Below are positions 1-7,363 of a stretch of 64,000 bases of DNA, piece by piece. Both the position numbers and the translations under genes were made by a program. The first letter of the stretch is position 1, and each line of letters begins with the position of its first letter. The DNA comes from a virus, in IMG/VR virus record IMGVR_UViG_3300027973_000048, positions 10,067 through 74,066 of that record; one strand, 5' to 3'. The notes under the pieces were generated by a model. That model saw nothing but the letters and a program-made list of their open reading frames with translations. It searched no databases and was not told the DNA's origin.

Positions 1-81
1 GGTAGCAAGGAATGGTTCCAACTATGGTTTAGTATGCCTTACCTCACAGGCGAACCGCCCGTTGGCAAGGGGATGAGATGA
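1..81 (+). CDS. C-terminal end of a hypothetical phage protein (5'-truncated by window)
   Basis: Frame 1 is open from base 1 (GSKEWFQLWFSMPYLTGEPPVGKGMR*); its TGA overlaps the next ATG (ATGA). Confidence 0.55.
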   Translation, partial: GSKEWFQLWFSMPYLTGEPPVGKGMR

Positions 82-452
82 AGATCAGAGAATTATTAGA
101 AGTTAGCCAAGGCAAAATCACCAAGAGGCAGCAAGAACCTACTAGAGGTTTGAGCACCTACAGTGATGTGGAAATGGCCAATAGCGACTATGTGGCATTT
201 AAATTAGGGCAGGCCATGGCAGGCACTGATGGCTCTAAAACTCCAGATATTGACGGCAAAAGTTGGTTCGGTAAAAAGAAAACTATTCATCCATACACTG
301 AAGTAGAAAATGAAATGTTTAAAAAAGCTGCCAAAGTGGTAGGCGCCAAATATACTGACCTTAACAAAGGTGATATGAAAAGTAAAGAATTACCTTCCAC
401 ACATACTGTCAGTCCTGTACACAAACATAAAAAGAACAAATACGGTGTATAA
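78..452 (+). CDS. Hypothetical basic protein, putative internal head protein
   Basis: 124 aa; N-terminus MKIRELLE is identical to that of the next gene and resembles a capsid-targeting leader. Confidence 0.7.
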   Translation: MKIRELLEVSQGKITKRQQEPTRGLSTYSDVEMANSDYVAFKLGQAMAGTDGSKTPDIDGKSWFGKKKTIHPYTEVENEMFKKAAKVVGAKYTDLNKGDMKSKELPSTHTVSPVHKHKKNKYGV

Positions 453-454
453 TT

Positions 455-637
455 ATGAAAATACGCGAATTACTTGAAACAGCCTCAGCAGGTGGAACTA
501 GCGCAGGCAATGTCACAGTAGGCCCAACTTATAAAAATAAAAAGGGCAAGACTTATAAAAACAAAGATGGCACAGTAAAAAATGCGCTGGATGTCAAAGG
601 AGCAAACCTTTTAACTGGCGGCAGCTTAAAACGATAA
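455..637 (+). CDS. Small basic protein, putative internal head protein
   Basis: 60 aa; MKIRELLE-TASAGGTSAG N-terminus; Lys-rich. Confidence 0.7.
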   Translation: MKIRELLETASAGGTSAGNVTVGPTYKNKKGKTYKNKDGTVKNALDVKGANLLTGGSLKR

Positions 638-640
638 ATA
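635..640 (+). promoter_or_regulatory. T4-type late promoter core (TAAATA)
   Basis: TAAATA followed by a GGAG RBS and ATG at 661; the same motif precedes many structural genes in this window. Confidence 0.55.
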
Positions 641-660
641 ACTTGAATACGGAGTAGAGA

Positions 661-1878
661 ATGGATATTAACATGCAATCACCTATGCCAGCACCTGAAC
701 AAGATGATGAAGGTAAAATGGCCAAAGCTGATCTATACAAAACAGCCAAATATAGCCTAAAACTATTTAAAATGATGCAAGACGATGCTCAACTAGAAGG
801 TTGGGTACAGGCTAAAATTACCAAAGCTGCTGACTATCTTGCCAGTGTATATCACTATTTAGAATACGAAATGAAGTTCACTGAATATGGTCGTGCCATT
901 GAAGACAGTGAAATGTACACTGAAAGCGAAAAGAAAATTCTAAAGAACAAACTACTTGAAGCTAAAGAAAAAGTTAAGGATCTGAAGAAAGCACAGGCTG
1001 AAAAACTCAAAGCTAAAGAAAAGAAAAAAGTAGATGAGAGTGAAGATGATCGTGGTGGTGACGATGATACTCCAAGCGACTTTAATAAAATAACAACTAG
1101 CAGTGGTCATACAAGACATAGTAGAAAAGCTAGTAGAACTAAAGCAGATCATGAACTAAAAGGCGATACCCCTATAACCAGTTTACATCCAGATCATGAT
1201 GAACGTGCTGCTAAATTCCTAGCCAAACAAGTTCATGGACGTAAAGTCAGTCCAATGGATCAATTGACCAAGCGTAAAGGCATGAGTGATCTAGACGAAG
1301 CCAAAGCTAAAAAAGCTAAGAAAGATTATGACGGCGACGGTGAAATTGAAAGTGGCAAAGACGAAGTGATTGGTAGTCGTCGTAAGGCTGCTGGATTGCC
1401 ATTTAAAGAAGGCGCTAAACCAGACTTCCTAGACATGGACAAAGATGGCAACAAAAAAGAACCAATGAAAAAAGCCGTTGCTAGCAAGAAAGTTAAAGAA
1501 GCTGCAATAAGCGGACCGAGTCAACCATCAGGGATTCCAGCAACTGCAAAAACTTCAGTGCCAGGAATGAGAGCCAATTCAGATGATTTGAAAAAGGCTA
1601 ATTCCAGTGCTGCATTAGGCGAGGGAAAATGTAATCATTCACCAAAAGGTAAAAGCTGCCCGGTACATGGTATGAAAGAATGTAGCGGCATGATGGAAGC
1701 CAAACCCAGTGCTGGTATGAGCAAAGGTGAAAAATCAGCTGTGGCTAAGAAAGCACAAGCTGGTAAAGACATTGGTAAACCAGGCAAAAGTTTTGACAAA
1801 GTAGCTAAGGCTGCTGGCGGTGGCGAAAAAGGTAAGAAAATTGCTGCCGCAGCTATGTGGAAAAACCAGGCCAAATAA
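661..1878 (+). CDS. Modular Lys-rich virion/head protein (putative polyprotein)
   Basis: 405 aa with a helical N-terminal domain, then short modules separated by VDE/LDE/FKE/VKE/LGE/MME; two DxDxDG motifs and a CNH...CPVH motif. Confidence 0.75.
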   Translation: MDINMQSPMPAPEQDDEGKMAKADLYKTAKYSLKLFKMMQDDAQLEGWVQAKITKAADYLASVYHYLEYEMKFTEYGRAIEDSEMYTESEKKILKNKLLEAKEKVKDLKKAQAEKLKAKEKKKVDESEDDRGGDDDTPSDFNKITTSSGHTRHSRKASRTKADHELKGDTPITSLHPDHDERAAKFLAKQVHGRKVSPMDQLTKRKGMSDLDEAKAKKAKKDYDGDGEIESGKDEVIGSRRKAAGLPFKEGAKPDFLDMDKDGNKKEPMKKAVASKKVKEAAISGPSQPSGIPATAKTSVPGMRANSDDLKKANSSAALGEGKCNHSPKGKSCPVHGMKECSGMMEAKPSAGMSKGEKSAVAKKAQAGKDIGKPGKSFDKVAKAAGGGEKGKKIAAAAMWKNQAK

Positions 1879-1879
1879 T

Positions 1880-2053
1880 ATGTCATTACCCAGCTATGTA
1901 GATGACTATGATGCATATTTGGCACTGAAATTAAATCAACCTAAGTGCCAAACTTGTAATTGTCCTAGACATTGTGAACATAGTTGTAATGATTGTAGTT
2001 ATTGCCCAGATTGTCATTGTAAGGAATGTGTAGAAGGTAAGGGAACAAACTAA
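1880..2053 (+). CDS. Small Cys/His-rich metallothionein-like protein
   Basis: ATG at 1880, one base after the upstream stop; 57 aa with 10 Cys and 3 His in CQTCNCPRHCEHSCNDCSYCPDCHCKEC. Confidence 0.65.
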   Translation: MSLPSYVDDYDAYLALKLNQPKCQTCNCPRHCEHSCNDCSYCPDCHCKECVEGKGTN

Positions 2054-4546
2054 ATGGACATGAAGAAATATATTACTCTTGTGGAAAGTGCTGCTAAACC
2101 CCTTGAGATTAAGGCTAAACCTGTTCAACCTAAAACAGAACCTGCACCACTAGTACATATTTCAGAAAGTTACGAATCTAGTGCGGCCATTAGAAAAATT
2201 GTTCGCAATATAATGGAGAAGAAAAATCCTCCACAACCACCTAAACAACGTAATCCTGTGGCTAAAAACGCCAATGCTGCTGTAGGGGGTGGTGCTGCTG
2301 GCAAACATAAAGACAAGAAAAAAGACGCCAAACAAGGTGTACAAAAGCATAAAGGTCAACAACTAGACGAGTATCTCGAAAGAGAAAAGCCCACTGACGG
2401 CGAATTATTATTGTTGATGAAAAAATATAGATTGGCAAAAATATCCGGCAAACCATTAGCCAGTGTGATGCGCCAGTCAGATATACATAAACTAATTGAT
2501 GCAGAAAAAGATGGTCGTATAGAAGCATTAAAATATAGAGATTCCATTGAGGAAGAACAATATGATAGCAAAGGCGAATTCAAACGTCGTGAACTAGAAC
2601 ATGAGCTAGGTCACGAAACTAGAAGTGGTTCCGTGTATATTGATGGCAAATATTGGAAAACATTTGACGATTATAAACAAGCACAAAATGTATCTAGAAG
2701 CTTGGAAAGAAAAGGCAAACGTGCCACAGTACGTATTCATGAATCAAAAAAACCAAAAAAGACTGCACAGGAAAAACTTAGTGCTGCCGTAGACAAAGAA
2801 CGTAAAAAAAATGAACCTGCTACACGTCGAGCCAAACAAGAATTAGACGCCATAATGCCTAGTTCAAAAAAGGCATCCCCAGTAAGCGAAAAAATGCGTA
2901 CTCCATTTGCTGGTGCTGCTGTTGGTCACAAAGAAGGCCCAGCTGGTCAATTAAAAGCCATGGATCCAAAAGGTTATCCCAAAGGTAAACTAGTCGGTGG
3001 TGCATTGGAAGAGGGTCGGGTATGTCCACAATGTGGCAGCAGCAAATGCAGTTGCCCGCCTGGTAAATGCAAATGTAAACCAGTAGCTGGATTCAAACCT
3101 AAAATGAAAGAGGATAAAGATCCTTGCTGGGACAACTACAAAATGGTAGGCACTAAAAAGAAAGGCAGCAAGACTGTGCCAAATTGTGTGCCAAAAGAAA
3201 GTAGAGTGGGTGAGGCACAGAATGCAGCTCAACAGGCTGCTATTGCTATTGCTAAAAAGAAAAAGAAAGGTGTGGCGGAAGGCGGCCCATTTAGTTATGG
3301 TAAACCCCCACGCAAAGGCTCAGTGGCTGATTTGGCCGCAAAGCGTCGTAAAGAACAGGATAGAAAAACTCCCCCCATTGAACCAAAAGACCAAATGGTT
3401 GGCAACGCTAAGGTCACGAAAAATACAAAGGAAGGCTTGAAGCAGATGCTACGTAAAGTCGATCCTACTATCAAATCAAGATTACGTAGAAAAGCGGATG
3501 ATCTTGATTATGAAGGTGATGAAGTACATCAAGATTTAAAATCTATGGGCATGGAGCCTCACGATGCTATGACTCGTAACATGGATCCTGAAAAATATTA
3601 TAGAAATGCAGATCGCTATCGTAGATTGGCCGACAAAGATGTAGATGAAACTCAACTGGATGAACTAGATCGTCCAAGTGGTAAACTATACATTATTATC
3701 ACCGCAGATAACGCTGGCGCTCCCCATGTGTTTGGCGACTTTGGATCATTCCCACAAGACGTCATGCACAAGATTGCCAAACGTGGCACTAGAGATAAAT
3801 CAGGTGCCAAAACTAAACTAAAGATTGATTTCTTGTTTGATGACTTTAGAACTACAATTCAACATTTAAGAACCATATTTAGAGACTTAGACTTTATTGG
3901 TGCAGAAGCAGCAGAATTTATTATTAAAAGTTCCGCCTTACGCAGTGACCAAGGTGAAGAAGTTAAACATCTAAGAGATTACATTCAAGCTGGCGATGAT
4001 CGTCGTATGAAAATGTATCAAGCACCTGAGGACGATGAAGAAGAAGGCGAGCCAACTGGTGGCAATATATTACGTATTGACCCTGAAACCGGTGCTGCAC
4101 GTAGAGTTGTTGGAGTAAAACCACAAACACAGATGGGCGGCCATGCTGTAGCACAACCAACTACTTTTAAATACACATTATTAAAAACTGAACTCATGCC
4201 CAAACTACGTGATATGGGATTCAAGTTCGATGGAAATCAAATCATATTAAGAGCAGATCAGAGAGACAAGTTAAAGAACATGTTAGGATCACAATTTCAA
4301 AGCGTATTTGGACAAAAAGGAATGTTTAAAGAAGGTGGCGAAAAATATAAAATTAAAACTACGGGCAGTGACATTAATCCAGCAACTGGTAAGAGAGCAG
4401 ATTATTACATCAGTCCAAATACAGGTAAAAAAGTTTATAAAAAAGCCAACGTAGGTGATCACGAAAGTCCTAACAGTGGCGAACACAAACCCAAAGTAGA
4501 AGGTCAGATTGCTCGGTCCATTATGGAAGAATTTGGATTGACATAG
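2054..4546 (+). CDS. Large modular virion/head protein (putative polyprotein)
   Basis: 830 aa; MDMKKYITLVES leader; a mosaic of short basic and Cys modules bounded by hydrophobic-x-Glu sites. Confidence 0.75.
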   Translation: MDMKKYITLVESAAKPLEIKAKPVQPKTEPAPLVHISESYESSAAIRKIVRNIMEKKNPPQPPKQRNPVAKNANAAVGGGAAGKHKDKKKDAKQGVQKHKGQQLDEYLEREKPTDGELLLLMKKYRLAKISGKPLASVMRQSDIHKLIDAEKDGRIEALKYRDSIEEEQYDSKGEFKRRELEHELGHETRSGSVYIDGKYWKTFDDYKQAQNVSRSLERKGKRATVRIHESKKPKKTAQEKLSAAVDKERKKNEPATRRAKQELDAIMPSSKKASPVSEKMRTPFAGAAVGHKEGPAGQLKAMDPKGYPKGKLVGGALEEGRVCPQCGSSKCSCPPGKCKCKPVAGFKPKMKEDKDPCWDNYKMVGTKKKGSKTVPNCVPKESRVGEAQNAAQQAAIAIAKKKKKGVAEGGPFSYGKPPRKGSVADLAAKRRKEQDRKTPPIEPKDQMVGNAKVTKNTKEGLKQMLRKVDPTIKSRLRRKADDLDYEGDEVHQDLKSMGMEPHDAMTRNMDPEKYYRNADRYRRLADKDVDETQLDELDRPSGKLYIIITADNAGAPHVFGDFGSFPQDVMHKIAKRGTRDKSGAKTKLKIDFLFDDFRTTIQHLRTIFRDLDFIGAEAAEFIIKSSALRSDQGEEVKHLRDYIQAGDDRRMKMYQAPEDDEEEGEPTGGNILRIDPETGAARRVVGVKPQTQMGGHAVAQPTTFKYTLLKTELMPKLRDMGFKFDGNQIILRADQRDKLKNMLGSQFQSVFGQKGMFKEGGEKYKIKTTGSDINPATGKRADYYISPNTGKKVYKKANVGDHESPNSGEHKPKVEGQIARSIMEEFGLT

Positions 4547-4555
4547 GAAAACATT

Positions 4556-5746
4556 ATGCAAGTAAAAGATATATTAGACAAATTACGCAGTTTGGAAGAA
4601 GCTGATGAAAAGGACTCCAAACGGAAAGTAGATCCAACGAACGGTGCAGGCGAGGGTGACCCATTTGCAACATCAGCGATCAATAGCACCCGTACCAAGC
4701 CAGTAACAGGATCAAGTGGTGATACACCTAAATTTAAACCAGATCCAACTGGGCTTGATGGAGCAGCTGGTGATATGCCTAAATTTAAACCAGATCCAAC
4801 TGGGCTTGATGGGGCTGCAGGGGATGCTGTTGCCGGGGGGGCCGCTGCTGGTAGTTTAGAAAAAGCTATTGATACAGTTTTAAAAGATCCATCCAATCCA
4901 GATGCTAAAAAAGTTCAAGATAAATTAAGTACATCACATGATCCTGAAATTCAAACATTGGTGATTTCTTTGGATGCAATTGATAGAGTTCTTCAAAAGA
5001 ACGGAATTAAAGTAGATACCATTGCTGAAACTGTATATCGTTATTATCGCGAGAATATCAACAATTTTCTTACACCACAAGAACAAATAAAAAATTGGTC
5101 CATGCTTTCCGAAGTTGATGGCAAACAACAATTAGATGAAACCCTTGCAGGTACGGCTGCTAGAATGGCAAGTAGACGTCTAGCTAGAAGAGCTGAAAGG
5201 CAAGCATTAAGAAGAGCTGAAAGAGCAGCGGCTAGAAATGCCATGTCAAGAGCAGCTAGATCCTCAACAAGAAGTCTACCAAGAACCGCAGCAACAAGAA
5301 GCGCTGTAGATGATACTCCTCTTTGGAAATCACCATGGGTAAGAGGCGGATTAGCCCTTGGCGGTGCAATAAGCTTGGCGCCAGCAGCCTTGGAACTTTG
5401 GGATTCGTTAAAAAAATTGTTTAGTAGTAAAAGTGAAGAAGATCCAGGCATGCCGCCCCCAATGTCACCACAAACAGGGCCAGGTCCTGAGGATCCTAAT
5501 AAACCTAAAGATTCAGACAATCCAAACGACCCTAAATCAAATAACCCTCAGGATCCTAATAGTCCCACTGATGACCCCGCTTCTGGAGATTCCAAAAATG
5601 ACATCAAAATTGTCATGAAACATTTTAAAATAGTATTACCATATTTTCAAGATGCTAAATTTCATTCATTACCTGAGGAAATACAAATACGTTTAACTAA
5701 GACATATGAGGGAATTCAGAAATTCATGGAAAAAGTAGGTAGCTAA
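4556..5746 (+). CDS. Putative internal/ejected virion protein with Arg/Ala-rich and hydrophobic segments
   Basis: 396 aa; MQVKDILDKLRSLEEA leader; 17-aa duplication; hydrophobic GLALGGAISLAPAAL; Pro/Asp/Asn linker. Confidence 0.7.
   Translation: MQVKDILDKLRSLEEADEKDSKRKVDPTNGAGEGDPFATSAINSTRTKPVTGSSGDTPKFKPDPTGLDGAAGDMPKFKPDPTGLDGAAGDAVAGGAAAGSLEKAIDTVLKDPSNPDAKKVQDKLSTSHDPEIQTLVISLDAIDRVLQKNGIKVDTIAETVYRYYRENINNFLTPQEQIKNWSMLSEVDGKQQLDETLAGTAARMASRRLARRAERQALRRAERAAARNAMSRAARSSTRSLPRTAATRSAVDDTPLWKSPWVRGGLALGGAISLAPAALELWDSLKKLFSSKSEEDPGMPPPMSPQTGPGPEDPNKPKDSDNPNDPKSNNPQDPNSPTDDPASGDSKNDIKIVMKHFKIVLPYFQDAKFHSLPEEIQIRLTKTYEGIQKFMEKVGS
4718..4825 (+). repeat. 51-bp in-frame tandem duplication (PKFKPDPTGLDGAAGD x2)
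   Basis: cctaaatttaaaccagatccaactgggcttgatgg occurs at 4727 and 4778. Confidence 0.9.
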
Positions 5747-5760
5747 AAGGCAAAGAAATC

Positions 5761-7362
5761 ATGGAAATAAAACTATTACTAGAAACATTAGATAGAATAG
5801 ATGAAGGATTAACACTCAAATCTGTCAAAGCAGCCGTAGAAATAGAACCTGATGCTGGTCGAAGAGCCATGATTCTAGCCAAATTAGCCGCAGAAAACAA
5901 CTTACCAGGTCTCTTTGATCCAACAGATGGCACATACTATAACGTCAACGGTGAAAAAGAAAGAAGTCCAGATAATGCAATTACTCAAAGATTAGGGTCT
6001 GTAGGCCTAGTACCTATGAATGCACAAACAAGTATGTTTGGCCTTTGGGGAGCAGACGATGTTAAACAAGGTGCCATATCACAAAGTTTTGATCTTAATT
6101 GGAATGCTGAAGTAGATGATAATATCAAACGTCTTAATGATCTAGTTAAACGAATTTCCGTAAATTTAAAAGAATCTAAAAAAAGAAAAAAATCAATATC
6201 AAACGCATTGTATGAAAGTTTCTTTGGTGAGGGTCCTAATGATGATTCAGGTATTATGGCACCCTATAGAGCAAAAGAACTAGCAAACTCGTCACCGCCG
6301 TTTCGGTTATCTGATCTTGGTAATGACACACAAGACCCTACTACAATAACTCCACCTTCTGGTGGGGGTGGTGGGGGTAATAAATTTGCCAAAGAAATTG
6401 AGGAGATGAATAAGATCATCGAAGTGCTAACTGCATTAAACGAAAAACGTCCAAATCAAGGCATAGTTGCTGCCATTGAAAGAGCACAGGATGTTATAAA
6501 AAGAGTAAATGCACAACCAGCTGAACCACCCATGCCACCCAGACCACCTAGACCAGATCCAAAGCCACCAGGAGGTATAGATTGGTCAGGTGTCACTGAA
6601 AAAGAACCATTAACATATAAACCACCAGAGCCAAAACCACCAGAGCCAACGCCTGCTGTTGATCCAAGAATTAAAAAAATCAAAAGAGCTCGAGAACTTC
6701 TTGATCAAATAAAAAAGGAACCACGACCTGGTCCAGTTAGTCCACAAGTTAATCCAGATAATCCACAACCAAGTCCTGGAGAAGATAAAAAATGGCCAAC
6801 AACTCCTGATGAAATTAAGGCTTTCCAAAACGGTAGAGATGATCCTCGTTCACCTGGCAAAAAACTAAATGTTGATGGTATAATTGGCACACATACTTAT
6901 CAAGCACTAATTGATGCTGGATATAAACCGCCTAACGATTTTAGAGTAACTGCATATAAACCAAAACCCAATAAAAGACCAGTTAGTCCGCAGGTAGCAC
7001 CAAATAAACCTGAACTGGCTCAAGTAGATATTAATGCTCAAATTGAAAAAGATAAAAATAATCCTCAAAATAAACCACCAGGAGATGGCGGAGTAGACCC
7101 ATATGTTTCCAACGGACAGACAACTGTTCCATTAAGTACCAATGTAGGTGACAATCCCGATTATCACGGCAATGTTAACCCCCAGGATAGTACAACAATT
7201 AAACCAACTAAAGGGCCTAATGGTGAGCCACTGATAAGAGATCCTAGAACAGGACAAATGGGCTACATGTCTAGACAAGGCAGAGGTCAAACATTTGTAC
7301 CAATTTCAGAAATGACTCAAGATGATAGAATACTTGACCAAATTAGAAGCATGAGAGTATAA
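5761..7362 (+). CDS. Pro-rich virion protein with peptidoglycan-binding-like domain
   Basis: 533 aa; EIKAFQ...LNVDGIIGTHTYQAL matches the PG_binding_1 pattern (DGxxGxxTxxAL). Confidence 0.7.
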   Translation: MEIKLLLETLDRIDEGLTLKSVKAAVEIEPDAGRRAMILAKLAAENNLPGLFDPTDGTYYNVNGEKERSPDNAITQRLGSVGLVPMNAQTSMFGLWGADDVKQGAISQSFDLNWNAEVDDNIKRLNDLVKRISVNLKESKKRKKSISNALYESFFGEGPNDDSGIMAPYRAKELANSSPPFRLSDLGNDTQDPTTITPPSGGGGGGNKFAKEIEEMNKIIEVLTALNEKRPNQGIVAAIERAQDVIKRVNAQPAEPPMPPRPPRPDPKPPGGIDWSGVTEKEPLTYKPPEPKPPEPTPAVDPRIKKIKRARELLDQIKKEPRPGPVSPQVNPDNPQPSPGEDKKWPTTPDEIKAFQNGRDDPRSPGKKLNVDGIIGTHTYQALIDAGYKPPNDFRVTAYKPKPNKRPVSPQVAPNKPELAQVDINAQIEKDKNNPQNKPPGDGGVDPYVSNGQTTVPLSTNVGDNPDYHGNVNPQDSTTIKPTKGPNGEPLIRDPRTGQMGYMSRQGRGQTFVPISEMTQDDRILDQIRSMRV

Positions 7363-7363
7363 C

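Noticed and set aside
3815-3850. KIDFLF in 2054..4546 resembling the T4 clamp-binding SLDFLF
   Set aside because: It is internal to a globular module of a probable virion protein and differs from this phage's own polymerase tail; likely chance.
4544-4558. TAG stop of 2054..4546 is in frame with the next ORF (possible readthrough or amber recoding)
   Set aside because: The gap holds an AGGA RBS, the next ORF has its own leader motif, and conserved genes are not broken by in-frame TAG, so there is no evidence of recoding.
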